A stretch of 64,000 nucleotides of DNA from positions 145,437 to 209,436 of the forward strand of contig JBEIQD010000001.1 in NCBI GenBank assembly GCA_040376695.1, in the 5' to 3' direction. A program made the position numbers and the translations under genes. The stretch is from Candidatus Nomurabacteria bacterium. Lineage in GTDB: Bacteria; Patescibacteriota; Minisyncoccia; Phycocordibacterales; UBA5272. A model generated the notes under the pieces. The model was not told where the DNA came from. It was given only the letters and a program-made list of their open reading frames with translations, and ran no database searches. Shown in pieces: positions 50,017 through 59,466 of this stretch; the stretch's first letter is position 1, and each line of letters opens with the position of its first letter.

Positions 50017-50460
50017 TCAGATGAGAACAGCGGCGCCTGGCGGCTCACCGAAGGAGGTTTCAGGCAAATGCGCACGGCCGGTGTAGTTCTGGTCGAAGAT
50101 GCCGGCAATCAGTGGCGGCGCCTTGATCTTGTCCACGGCTGGCCGCCACAACGCCGGGGTAATGCAGCTTGAGCCGCCCTGGCCCTTGCTGTCAGCACAT
50201 CCTGCGCCGATCAGTCGCACAGGCAGCATCTTGGAGATGCCCTGGCCCATGGGAACGAGCGCGAATGCCTTGCCTTCGGTCGCCGCGATGGCGCCAGAAA
50301 CCGGCTGCTGGTTGTTGACTTCTTTCACGCCGGCGATCTGGTCCTTGTTGGAGGCAGCGGCTGCGAGACCTGGCGGAGCCTGGCCCGTAGCAAAAGCACT
50401 CGTGGAAATGCCGACAGACAGCGTCATGCACAGCATGGCCGCAACCAAAGATTTCTTCAT
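50017..50460 (-). CDS. Secreted hypothetical protein (147 aa) encoded by a ~65% GC segment
   Basis: Signal peptide MKKSLVAAMLCMTLSVGISTSAFA. Ala/Gly/Pro-rich mature region. AAGGAG SD 7 nt upstream. Coding region far more GC-rich than flanks. Confidence 0.6.
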   Translation of the reverse strand: MKKSLVAAMLCMTLSVGISTSAFATGQAPPGLAAAASNKDQIAGVKEVNNQQPVSGAIAATEGKAFALVPMGQGISKMLPVRLIGAGCADSKGQGGSSCITPALWRPAVDKIKAPPLIAGIFDQNYTGRAHLPETSFGEPPGAAVLI

Positions 50461-50623
50461 GGCTTTCTCCTTATTCAAAGTTGATGAAATCGGATTTTGT
50501 ACAAAGCAATAAGAGGATCCGACACCCCCCTCATCCACCATAACTCTATCATTCCCCTCTAGAAAATAAAAGTGTTATACACACCTAACGGAGAGAGAAC
50601 TTTTTTGTTACACTACAGCACAC

Positions 50624-51106
50624 ATGAATACTTCTTCTCTCGTGGAATACGCACTCACCTATCCAGCTCTTCCACTCTCTGTCGCTCTTGTCATCCTCCT
50701 CGTGTATGTTATCTATCTTCACTATAAAATATCTGTCTTCACTCGTGGAGAAAATGCAAAGAGCCTTGAGTCTGTTATTCGCACTTACCTTGACCGAGTG
50801 GATGACCTGAAAAAGCATGACGAACTCATTGCTGAACATGCTCTTAAATTAGACAAGCGCCTCTCACAATCTATTAGAAACGTATCAACAATGCGATTCA
50901 AAGCTTTTGATCAAAATGGAAGCAACCAATCATTTGCCGTAGCGCTCGTGAATGAGCTAGGAAATGGACTCATTTTATCTTCACTTCACCATCGAGACCG
51001 CGTATCTGTTTTTGCAAAACCAGTTTCAGGGTATACAAGCACACATGACCTCACCGAAGAAGAGCAAGCAGTACTCGAAGAGTCCAAACAAGCTCATAAG
51101 AACTAA
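50624..51106 (+). CDS. DUF4446-family protein (single N-terminal TM)
   Basis: 160 aa. TM helix then MRFKAFDQNGSNQSFAVALVNE...ILSSLHHR motif typical of DUF4446. Confidence 0.55.
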   Translation: MNTSSLVEYALTYPALPLSVALVILLVYVIYLHYKISVFTRGENAKSLESVIRTYLDRVDDLKKHDELIAEHALKLDKRLSQSIRNVSTMRFKAFDQNGSNQSFAVALVNELGNGLILSSLHHRDRVSVFAKPVSGYTSTHDLTEEEQAVLEESKQAHKN

Positions 51107-51161
51107 GCCTTACAGAGATAGGCATCTTTACATTTTCGTGCTATAATTGTGTCATTATTTT

Positions 51162-52679
51162 ATGCCTACAAACACCCTAAAACAGGAGATAGTTTCTCGT
51201 CAGCCAGTTATTGCGGTTCTTGGTCATGTTGACCATGGAAAATCATCCCTCTTAGATTTCATTCGTAAATCAAACGTGGTGGACGGTGAAGCAGGCGGTA
51301 TCACACAGCGTATTTCTTCATATGAAGTACAGCACACGACTACGGACGGACGAATCTTGCCTATTACCTTCCTGGATACACCAGGACATGAAGCATTCCA
51401 GTCTATGCGTGAACGTGGTGTAGAAATCGCAGATATTGCAATCTTGATCGTTTCTGCTGAAGACGGCGTGAAAGCTCAGACACTTGAAGCGTGGAAAACT
51501 ATTGAATCTCATAAACTTCCATATGTTGTTGCAATCAACAAAATCGATAAGCCAGGAGCTGATATTCAGAAAACAAAAAACTCTCTTGTTGAAAATGGAA
51601 TCTATATTGAAGGGTACGGAGGTGAAGTACCGTGTGTAGAAATTTCTGCAAAGTCAGGACAAGGAATTGATTTCCTTCTTGAGACACTTCTCCTTGTGGT
51701 TGAGGTGAACGACCTTAAAGCAAATCTAGGAACAGATGCTACTGGGTATGTACTTGAAAGTTTCGTAGACCAAAAGCGTGGTATCTCAGCAGCACTCATC
51801 ATTAAAGATGGGACGCTTCCAGCATCTGGTTCTATTTTGGCCGGCACAGCACTTTCCCCTATTCGTATCATCGAAGACTTCATGGGTAAAACAATCAAGA
51901 ACCCACACGCAGGTCAGCCAATAAAAGTTACAGGTTTTGACGAAGCCCCTCTTGCTGGTTCACTTTTCATTTCATCTGCTGATAAAAAAGTAATGGAAAA
52001 ACTAAAAGCTGAAGCACAATCAAACGCTGTGCAAACAGTACTTGACCCTCGTCTTTACAGAAACGCTAAGGTAGTTATTCCTATTGTTGTTAAGGCTGAC
52101 TCACTCGGAACACTATCAGCTGTGATTCGCGAACTACAAAAGCGCGAAACTGAACACGTAAAGATAAAAATCATCGGACAAGGAATTGGACAAATCACAG
52201 AAGGAGATATTATCCAAGCCTCATCAGATGAGAAAGTTCTTATCATTGGATTTGCTGTGAAGGTTGATGGTAAGGCCCGAGAGCAAGCAGAGCGCTTCAA
52301 TGTGGTTCCTGAGACATTTGATATTATTTACAAACTATCTGAATGGTTCGACACTGTAGTGCTTGATCGTCTTCCGTATGAAGAAAAAGAAGTTGTGCTT
52401 GGAACACTTAAGGTTCTTAAGACATTCAGTACACAGAAAGATAAGCATGTTATTGGAGGTCGTGTAGAAACTGGTCGCATTGCACTTAACTCTCTTGTAA
52501 AGATTATTCGCCGAGGTGTAGACATGGGGCGCGGACGTATTGTTGAGCTTCAATCACAGAAGCTCAAGGCTCAGGAAGTGATTGAAGGAAATGAGTGTGG
52601 TCTTATGGTTGAAACAAAAATTGAAATGATTCCATCTGATGTTCTTGAGTCAATCCAGATAGAAAAAACTAGAATCTAA
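51162..52679 (+). CDS. infB: Translation initiation factor IF-2 (short form lacking N-terminal domains)
   Basis: G1-G4 motifs (GHVDHGKSS, DTPGHEAF, NKID). C-terminal beta-barrels. ~505 aa. Confidence 0.85.
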   Translation: MPTNTLKQEIVSRQPVIAVLGHVDHGKSSLLDFIRKSNVVDGEAGGITQRISSYEVQHTTTDGRILPITFLDTPGHEAFQSMRERGVEIADIAILIVSAEDGVKAQTLEAWKTIESHKLPYVVAINKIDKPGADIQKTKNSLVENGIYIEGYGGEVPCVEISAKSGQGIDFLLETLLLVVEVNDLKANLGTDATGYVLESFVDQKRGISAALIIKDGTLPASGSILAGTALSPIRIIEDFMGKTIKNPHAGQPIKVTGFDEAPLAGSLFISSADKKVMEKLKAEAQSNAVQTVLDPRLYRNAKVVIPIVVKADSLGTLSAVIRELQKRETEHVKIKIIGQGIGQITEGDIIQASSDEKVLIIGFAVKVDGKAREQAERFNVVPETFDIIYKLSEWFDTVVLDRLPYEEKEVVLGTLKVLKTFSTQKDKHVIGGRVETGRIALNSLVKIIRRGVDMGRGRIVELQSQKLKAQEVIEGNECGLMVETKIEMIPSDVLESIQIEKTRI

Positions 52680-52683
52680 GTAT

Positions 52684-53088
52684 ATGTTTACACAAGGAGC
52701 AGACAAAGGCCCTAGCCAGCGCCAAACAAAAGTGAGTCTTGAAATCTTGAGTCTAGTACAAGATTTCTTTCAGCGTGAATCATCAGGTCTTTCACTGATG
52801 ACCATCACTCGTTGCGAAGTATCACCAGACATGCGCCAAGGAACTATTTACATGACAGTGCTTCCGGTGGACAAAGAACAGGCGGCGCTTGATTTTGCTC
52901 GTCGTATGCGAACAGACATGCGTAAATACGTAATGAAGCGACTCCCTGTAAAAGTGATTCCATTCTTTGAAGTAGAAATTGACTACGGAGAGAAAAATCG
53001 TCAACATATCGACGAACTTCTCAGAAACGAAAAAATTAAAGACAAAGAGCTTGGAAAACCTGAAACGGAAGATGAACCTCAAGCTTAA
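52684..53088 (+). CDS. rbfA: Ribosome-binding factor A
   Basis: KH-like RbfA fold region. Conserved infB-rbfA linkage. Confidence 0.8.
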   Translation: MFTQGADKGPSQRQTKVSLEILSLVQDFFQRESSGLSLMTITRCEVSPDMRQGTIYMTVLPVDKEQAALDFARRMRTDMRKYVMKRLPVKVIPFFEVEIDYGEKNRQHIDELLRNEKIKDKELGKPETEDEPQA

Positions 53089-53175
53089 ATAAGATTCCGA
53101 GTAATCCTCACAAGATGCTCGGCATTTTATTTTCCAAAAAGCCCAATATGTGTTAAAGTTACATGGTTTATATAT

Positions 53176-53257
53176 GCCCGGGTGGCGAAATTGGTAGACG
53201 CACTTGCCTTAGGAGCAAGCGAGGCAACTCATGAAGGTTCAAGTCCTTTCCCGGGCA
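53176..53257 (+). tRNA. tRNA-Leu (anticodon TAG)
   Basis: Acceptor GCCCGGG/CCCGGGC, anticodon stem-loop CTTGC-CTTAGGA-GCAAG, long variable arm, T-loop TTCAAGT. Confidence 0.8.
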
Positions 53258-53261
53258 CACA

Positions 53262-53939
53262 ATGATTATCCCTGTTATATTCGAGGATGAAAACATACTT
53301 GTTATAGATAAGCCGTCAGGTGTCGTAGTACACCCTTTTGACTTTTCTGATGAAGAAACTGTTCTAGATTTTTTACATGAACACGTTCCTTTAATGTTTT
53401 CTATCATAAACTCTATAACCCTTCAAGATGGGAGAATTATTCCCTTGGGCGGTATTGTTCATAAACTAGACAGAGAAACATCTGGCATTATGGTTGTAGC
53501 AAAAAATGAAGCCACTTTTATGGAACTCAAAAAAGAATTCTTGACTCATACCACTACAAAAAAATATATTGCTTTGGTTGAGGGTGTTATAGAAAAGGAA
53601 ACCTACACTATAGACGCACCACTTGGAAGAAATAAAAAAGAATACAAACAATCAGTTAACCCAATTAATCCAAGAGGAGAGCTTCGTTCCGCCATTACAG
53701 AGGTAAAGGTTTTACACAGAAATAAAGATACAACACTAGTAGAACTCACCCCTCTAACAGGCCGCACACATCAGTTACGTGCGCATATGTCGTATAATGG
53801 TCATCCTATTATTGGAGATATCGCCTACGGTAGTACTATTAAGGATTCGCGTATCATGCTACATGCATATTCGCTTTCTTTCATACTGGGCGGAGAAGAA
53901 AGAATATTTACAGCTAAACCTTCTGCGGAATTTAGATAG
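53262..53939 (+). CDS. RluA-family pseudouridine synthase (no S4 domain)
   Basis: Catalytic motif HKLDRETSGIMVVAKN. Typical LVIDKPSGVVVHP N-terminus. Confidence 0.85.
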   Translation: MIIPVIFEDENILVIDKPSGVVVHPFDFSDEETVLDFLHEHVPLMFSIINSITLQDGRIIPLGGIVHKLDRETSGIMVVAKNEATFMELKKEFLTHTTTKKYIALVEGVIEKETYTIDAPLGRNKKEYKQSVNPINPRGELRSAITEVKVLHRNKDTTLVELTPLTGRTHQLRAHMSYNGHPIIGDIAYGSTIKDSRIMLHAYSLSFILGGEERIFTAKPSAEFR

Positions 53940-53946
53940 TAAAAGA

Positions 53947-53980
53947 CCTCCCTGTTGTGGGAGGTCTTTTACTATCTATC
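53947..53980. terminator. Bidirectional terminator AAAAGACCTCCC-TGTTGT-GGGAGGTCTTTT
   Basis: Seen directly. Between rluA-like (+) and tRNA-Lys (-). Confidence 0.7.
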
Positions 53981-53993
53981 GTGTGTCCCCAGA

Positions 53994-54066
53994 AGGGATC
54001 GAACCTTCGACCTGCGGATTAAGAGTCCGATGCTCTACCAGCTGAGCTATAGGGACATTGACACAC
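53994..54066 (-). tRNA. tRNA-Lys (anticodon CTT)
   Basis: Minus-strand GTCCCTATAGCTCAGCTGGTAGAGCATCGGACTCTTAATCCGCAGGTCGAAGGTTCGATCCCTTCTGGGGACA. Anticodon loop CTCTTAA. One 27:43 mismatch. Confidence 0.7.
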
Positions 54067-54166
54067 GCAGAACACTATACCATAGTATGAAAAACTTTTC
54101 TAGATATGCTAGTATAGTATCTATTATGAGGGCGGAACCAAGGGGTTCCGCCCTCAATAAAAGAAT

Positions 54167-54240
54167 GACGCAGTGGCGAAGTGGCCTAACGCTGCGGTTT
54201 GCAAAACCGCCATTCGCGGGTTCGACTCCCGCCTGCGTCT
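54167..54240 (+). tRNA. tRNA-Cys (anticodon GCA)
   Basis: Acceptor GACGCAG/CTGCGTC, anticodon stem-loop GCGGT-TTGCAAA-ACCGC, T-arm GCGGG-TTCGACT-CCCGC. Confidence 0.8.
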
Positions 54241-54266
54241 CACTCTATAAATGGTATACTTTTAAT

Positions 54267-54860
54267 ATGAAAAAGTATTTTCCACACGTATTACTTGGTG
54301 CGTACATTCTCGAATTTCTTGTACTAGCCATTAATCCAATCGACAGACCTACCTGGTGGGTGGAAAATCTTACCATTCTTCCAATCGTAACCGTTCTGGT
54401 TGTGCTCTATATAAAAAAGATTAGGTTTTCAAATACCGCGTATGCGCTTATGTCGGTACTTATCTTCATGCACACCTTTGGTGGGCACTATACGTTCGCA
54501 CTCACTCCGTTTGACTGGTTTAATAATTTCTTTGGATTTGAACGTAACATGTACGACCGTGTTGCACATGCAAGTGTAGGACTATATTCATACGCAATTA
54601 TAGAAATACTACTAAAGTATAAAGTTGTTACTAAAAGATGGTTTGCATATTTTTCGGCGATTGCCATGATTATTGCTCTTGCTGGACTTTATGAAATATT
54701 TGAATGGTGGTTTGCAATTTCAGCAGATCCAGAAGCTGGCATTGCCGTACTCGGAGCTCAGGGAGATATTTGGGATGCGCAAAAAGATATGCTGATGGAT
54801 ACTATGGGAGGACTTCTGGGTGCAGCAACATACTTCTTCTGGAATAGAAGCGATAAGTAG
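54267..54860 (+). CDS. DUF2238-family inner-membrane protein (YjdF-like)
   Basis: 197 aa, ~5 TM. The tracked ORF N-terminal extension overlaps two tRNAs, so start was moved to ATG 54267 (MKKYFPHV...). Confidence 0.65.
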   Translation: MKKYFPHVLLGAYILEFLVLAINPIDRPTWWVENLTILPIVTVLVVLYIKKIRFSNTAYALMSVLIFMHTFGGHYTFALTPFDWFNNFFGFERNMYDRVAHASVGLYSYAIIEILLKYKVVTKRWFAYFSAIAMIIALAGLYEIFEWWFAISADPEAGIAVLGAQGDIWDAQKDMLMDTMGGLLGAATYFFWNRSDK

Positions 54861-54890
54861 AGTGTGCTAGAATACAGCCTATAAAACCCT

Positions 54891-54973
54891 GCCCGGGTGA
54901 TGGAATGGTAGACATAGAGGACTTAAAATCCTCGGCTGGTTACAGCGTGCGGGTTCGAGTCCCGCCCTGGGCA
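54891..54973 (+). tRNA. tRNA-Leu (anticodon TAA)
   Basis: Acceptor GCCCGGG/CCTGGGC (one G-U), anticodon stem-loop GAGGA-CTTAAAA-TCCTC, long variable arm, T-loop TTCGAGT. Confidence 0.8.
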
Positions 54974-55088
54974 CATTTACATGTCGCAATATTTTTGCAA
55001 TCTGTACAGATTGTCTTTTCTGTTTTTTGATGGCAGTATGATGTGCAATTGTTCATTGTGAACCAAACCACTTCAAGGGAGAAAAGGT

Positions 55089-56249
55089 ATGCAATTCCCA
55101 AACATTACCAAGGGTCAAGGGTTTTGGATTTCAATCCCCTTTATTGCGATTTATTGTCTGGTCTTTTATCTCTACAACATCTGGAAACTAGACCAAACTC
55201 CGACGTTAGACATGTGGAGCACACGAATCTTTCTGGTTGGGGCGATACTGCATATGATGCTGTATCTCCGTGATGGCGGATGGCTGACCTACGGGAGCAA
55301 AAGAACTAATACGTTTTGGTCAGACGGTGTGTGTTTTGCACCAAATTTTCTGCACTTCACGGTTCAAGCCTTTAACTTTGCCTGTTTCTGGGGAATTCAA
55401 ACCGACGACGTCGACACTAGACAGCAAAATAATGTCGACGTCGTTGTGAGTCCTTTCCTTGCTAGCACAAAACACAACGTATCAATGTCTCACACCGCAT
55501 CGGTGATCGATCGCAGTATCACAGCTTTTCTTGTATGGCTCCTTGTTGGCTGGAAAAAAGGTGAAGGGCATTTAACAATGATGCGTTTTGGATTTCGTCT
55601 CATGCTTGTGGGCTATGCTCTAGCAACCGCATCTGCCCTCTGGAATCATGGAGCAAAAGAAGTTTCAAAGTTCACGGCACAGGGAAACTCTGCAGTTAAT
55701 GCGGCTGTACACGAAAGCATAAACACTCTTAGTGGTGCACTTGGGGTTACGCCCCCTGTGTCCCAACAAGATACAAAAGTTGCTGTTTTCGTTCAGTTGG
55801 ATATCGGGACACAACCCATCATTCCAAACGAAGAAGACTTTACTCCAGCGCCTGACGATGAAGCTATCTACTACGTGATGATTGACGGAGATTCCAGAAA
55901 GTATTTCCTATACCCTCATACAAGGGGTACCGAAGTTGCAGTTTTGAAAATTGAAAAAAATAGCTGCGCAATCATTCCCGCAGGGAAAAACCTTGTCCTT
56001 GATTCTGCCTCACCCCCTGTTTACGCGCTTAATATGGAGTCCCCTGTGTGGTACAGAAAAAAGGTTGGCGCTTTGAGTTTCTTAGAAAAAATTGAGTTGA
56101 AAGTTCTTCGAAGCAGTTCAATATACGTCACTGACAATTCATGGCATTTTGTCAATAATAATTGGCACACTGTGCAAACATTGTCCGCAACAGCTCTGCA
56201 AAAAACATCACTTAACAAAGGGTCTCATGGTGGTGTTGTATGCTTCTAA
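55089..56249 (+). CDS. Hypothetical membrane protein (386 aa) with large C-terminal soluble domain
   Basis: SD AGGGAGAAAAGG before ATG. N-terminal TM helices. Followed by a terminator. No family assignment. Confidence 0.6.
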   Translation: MQFPNITKGQGFWISIPFIAIYCLVFYLYNIWKLDQTPTLDMWSTRIFLVGAILHMMLYLRDGGWLTYGSKRTNTFWSDGVCFAPNFLHFTVQAFNFACFWGIQTDDVDTRQQNNVDVVVSPFLASTKHNVSMSHTASVIDRSITAFLVWLLVGWKKGEGHLTMMRFGFRLMLVGYALATASALWNHGAKEVSKFTAQGNSAVNAAVHESINTLSGALGVTPPVSQQDTKVAVFVQLDIGTQPIIPNEEDFTPAPDDEAIYYVMIDGDSRKYFLYPHTRGTEVAVLKIEKNSCAIIPAGKNLVLDSASPPVYALNMESPVWYRKKVGALSFLEKIELKVLRSSSIYVTDNSWHFVNNNWHTVQTLSATALQKTSLNKGSHGGVVCF

Positions 56250-56250
56250 C

Positions 56251-56283
56251 CAAACAACCGACGATCGTCGGTTGTTTTTTATT
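56251..56283 (+). terminator. Rho-independent terminator AACAACCGACGATCGTCGGTTGTT + T6
   Basis: Seen directly. Confidence 0.7.
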
Positions 56284-56330
56284 CTAGATGTCCCTTGTTG
56301 TAAACACTGATACTCTAGTATTATTTTTAT

Positions 56331-57227
56331 ATGCCCTTTCCTCTTTCAATTATCCCGCGTGAAGAATTTAAAAATCATCCACTTCTTGCGCGCTTACTTG
56401 AACTTCATGATGTACCTGAACAACTCTATGTTGCAGGAGCACTTCCAGAAATAACACTCGACACATACGGGCGGGCGACTCCGCGTATTCTCACCGTAAT
56501 CGGTTCACGCAAATATACAAGCTACGGAAAACTCGCTGTAGAAAAATTACTCGGTTCACTTCGTGGAGAGCCTGTTATTATTCTTTCTGGTCTTGCACTT
56601 GGTATTGACGGATTAAGTCATGAAGCAGCTTTAACAAATAAACTCACTACTATGGCGATTCCTGGAAGCGGGCTTGATACTAAAGTTATTTACCCGCGAA
56701 CACACCTAGGACTAGCTGAACAAATTGTTTCTTCAGGTGGCGTACTACTCTCAGAATTTGCACCAGAGATGCAAGCTGCGCAATGGACGTTCCCTGCACG
56801 CAACCGTATTATGGCAGCACTATCAGACGCCCTCTTTGTTGTTGAAGCAACAGAAAAGTCAGGCACGCTTATAACGGCACGACAAGCACTTGAATTAGGG
56901 CGTGATATAGGAGCGCTTCCTGGGGATATTTTTTCCGAATCCTCCTACGGAACAAACATGCTCATTAAAGAAGGAGCCTATATCCTGCGCAATGCTGATG
57001 ATCTTCATGATCTTCTTCATCTAGAAAAAAGAGAAGAAAAAGAAGTGGAGCAGGTATACTCAAAAGAAGAAAAGAAAATTTTAGATTTACTTAACGAGCC
57101 TTTAGAAAAAGACACATTACTTGTACAAAGCGAACTCCCTCCTGATCAATTTCTTATGACACTTTCTTCCCTCGAAATAAAAGGTTGCATACAGGAAACA
57201 TTTGGCGAAGTTAGAAAAGTAGTGTAA
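56331..57227 (+). CDS. dprA: DNA processing protein DprA (Smf)
   Basis: Rossmann-like DprA core (VIGSRKYTSYG, GLALGIDGLSHEAAL, GGVLLSEF). dprA-topA synteny. Confidence 0.85.
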   Translation: MPFPLSIIPREEFKNHPLLARLLELHDVPEQLYVAGALPEITLDTYGRATPRILTVIGSRKYTSYGKLAVEKLLGSLRGEPVIILSGLALGIDGLSHEAALTNKLTTMAIPGSGLDTKVIYPRTHLGLAEQIVSSGGVLLSEFAPEMQAAQWTFPARNRIMAALSDALFVVEATEKSGTLITARQALELGRDIGALPGDIFSESSYGTNMLIKEGAYILRNADDLHDLLHLEKREEKEVEQVYSKEEKKILDLLNEPLEKDTLLVQSELPPDQFLMTLSSLEIKGCIQETFGEVRKVV

Positions 57228-57241
57228 TGTACGAATGACTC

Positions 57242-59464
57242 ATGAAACTATTAATTGTAGAAAGCCCATCGAAAGCAAAGACCATCGCTAAATATCTCGG
57301 CGGTGAATTTGAAGTACGTGCCTCTGTTGGACACATACGTGATCTTCCTAAATCAAACAAGAAAGCTATCGACATTGAAGGTGGTTTTATTCCGCACTAC
57401 GAAATCTCTGCAGGAAAAGAAAAAATAGTAGAAGAACTTAAAATGCTTTCAAAGAAAGCTACTACAGTATTACTCGCAACCGACCCCGACCGTGAAGGAG
57501 AAGCTATTGCGTGGCATATTAAAGAAGCCATTGGGCTTAAGAATGCTAAGCGTGTAGCCTTCCATGAAATTACTGAAAGCGCTATTAAAGAAGCCATTAA
57601 ACAACCTCGAGAAATAGACAATAACTTAAAGGAAGCCCAAGAAGCTCGTCGTGTGCTTGATCGCTTGGTGGGATACGATCTTTCAGGCATCATCTGGAAA
57701 AAAGTTCGTTACGGGCTTTCTGCTGGACGAGTACAATCCCCTGCGCTTCGTATTGTTATGGAACGTGAAAGAGAAATCAGAGCGTTCATCCCTGTAACAT
57801 ACTTCGTACTAGCTGGTGAATGGAAAACAGAGGGAAGAATGAAGGAAAGTAAGAGCTACACACTCGCAATGGAGTGTGAAGTTGAACCTACTGTACAAGG
57901 AGAAGCAGAGCGCATCGTCTCTCTTGGACGTAAACATGCATGGGAAGTAACAGCGCTCGATGGATCAGATGTATCACGTTCGCCACGTGCACCATTTACA
58001 ACTTCAACGCTGCAACAGACAGCATCGTCTCGTTTAGGATATGCACCATCACGTACCATGGGAATCGCTCAGAAACTATACGAAAAAGGTCTCATCACCT
58101 ACATGCGTACAGATTCGACAACTCTTTCAAGCACAGCCCTTGGTGAAATTGCTACAACGGTAGAAAATATTTTCGGAAAGAATTTCCTTGAGGTTCGAAC
58201 ATACAAAACAAAAGCAAAGAACGCACAGGAAGCCCACGAAGCTATTCGTCCAACACATGCGAGTGCGCGTAATGCTGGGACAACTGACGATGAAAAGAAG
58301 CTCTACTCTCTTATTTGGGAAAGAACAGTAGCAAGTCAAATGAAAGATGCGAAATTGAGACGCTCTAAAGTAATTGCAAATATTGTTAGATCTAAAGAAA
58401 CAATTCCAAACTTTTCAGTAACTGGTTCTGTGGTTACCTTCCAAGGGTGGCTTATGGCCGATCCTGATGCTAGAGGAGACGATGTACAGCTTCCAGAACT
58501 TACTGTGGGAAGCGCTCTTTCACTCACAACTCTTCAATCAATAGAAAAGCAAACCCAGCCACCTGCACGCTACTCTGAAGCTGGACTAATTAAGGAACTT
58601 GAAAAGCGAGGTATCGGACGACCTTCAACATACGCTTCTATCATTGGAACCATCGAAGCTCGCGGTTATGTAGAAAAAATAAATAAAGCACTTCATCCAA
58701 CTGATACAGGAGAAGTGGTTACCTCATTCCTCGAAGAACAGCTCGGTGAATATATTTCAGATACCTTTACCGCTGATATGGAAGACAAGCTCGACAAAAT
58801 CGCCAACGGAGAAGCGACATATCTGAAGACTCTTAAAGATTTCTACGGACCTTTTCTTAAGGATGTGAAATCAAAAGAAAAACTTGAGAAAGCAACAAAC
58901 TTAGGTGAAGCACCAGACGATATTCTTTGCCCTCTTTGTAATTCAAAGATGGTAATTAAACTTGCTCGTACAGGAAAGTTTTATTCTTGCGCGCGATACC
59001 CAGACTGTATGGGTGCCCGCAAACTCGATGGTAGTGTTATGGAAGGACCAAAGTCTCTTGGAAGAAAATGTCCTAAGTGTGGAGACATTGCTGGTAAAAA
59101 TGGTGGTGGAGAACTCATGGAGCGTGAAGGACGTTACGGAAAGTTCATCGCCTGTTCAAATTATCCTAAGTGTAAATATATTGAACAAGATGAAGAGGAA
59201 CGTAAAAAGAAATCTACAGGCATCTCATGTGGCTGGTGTGCAGATGGAGTGTTCGAAGAACGCCGAGGACGCTTCGGAGTGTTCTATTCATGTACCAACT
59301 ACCCCGATTGTAAGCATGCAATCAAAACAAAACCAACAGGTAACCGCTGTCCAATCTGTAAAGAACTCATGATGGAAGGAACAAAAACTATTCCAGAGAG
59401 ATGTTCAGACAAAACGTGTCCAATGCATAATCCACATAAGATGGGAGAAGTTGCCAAGAAATAA
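57242..59464 (+). CDS. topA: DNA topoisomerase I with C-terminal C4 zinc ribbons
   Basis: TOPRIM (LLIVESPSKAKTI...DPDREGEAIAWH), catalytic Tyr region (GLITYMRTDS), three CxxC...CxxC zinc-ribbon modules. Confidence 0.9.
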   Translation: MKLLIVESPSKAKTIAKYLGGEFEVRASVGHIRDLPKSNKKAIDIEGGFIPHYEISAGKEKIVEELKMLSKKATTVLLATDPDREGEAIAWHIKEAIGLKNAKRVAFHEITESAIKEAIKQPREIDNNLKEAQEARRVLDRLVGYDLSGIIWKKVRYGLSAGRVQSPALRIVMEREREIRAFIPVTYFVLAGEWKTEGRMKESKSYTLAMECEVEPTVQGEAERIVSLGRKHAWEVTALDGSDVSRSPRAPFTTSTLQQTASSRLGYAPSRTMGIAQKLYEKGLITYMRTDSTTLSSTALGEIATTVENIFGKNFLEVRTYKTKAKNAQEAHEAIRPTHASARNAGTTDDEKKLYSLIWERTVASQMKDAKLRRSKVIANIVRSKETIPNFSVTGSVVTFQGWLMADPDARGDDVQLPELTVGSALSLTTLQSIEKQTQPPARYSEAGLIKELEKRGIGRPSTYASIIGTIEARGYVEKINKALHPTDTGEVVTSFLEEQLGEYISDTFTADMEDKLDKIANGEATYLKTLKDFYGPFLKDVKSKEKLEKATNLGEAPDDILCPLCNSKMVIKLARTGKFYSCARYPDCMGARKLDGSVMEGPKSLGRKCPKCGDIAGKNGGGELMEREGRYGKFIACSNYPKCKYIEQDEEERKKKSTGISCGWCADGVFEERRGRFGVFYSCTNYPDCKHAIKTKPTGNRCPICKELMMEGTKTIPERCSDKTCPMHNPHKMGEVAKK

Positions 59465-59466
59465 AC

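Noticed and set aside
53955-54266. N-terminal 104 codons of the tracked ORF 53955..54860
   Set aside because: The extension runs across tRNA-Lys and tRNA-Cys. The true DUF2238 gene starts at ATG 54267.
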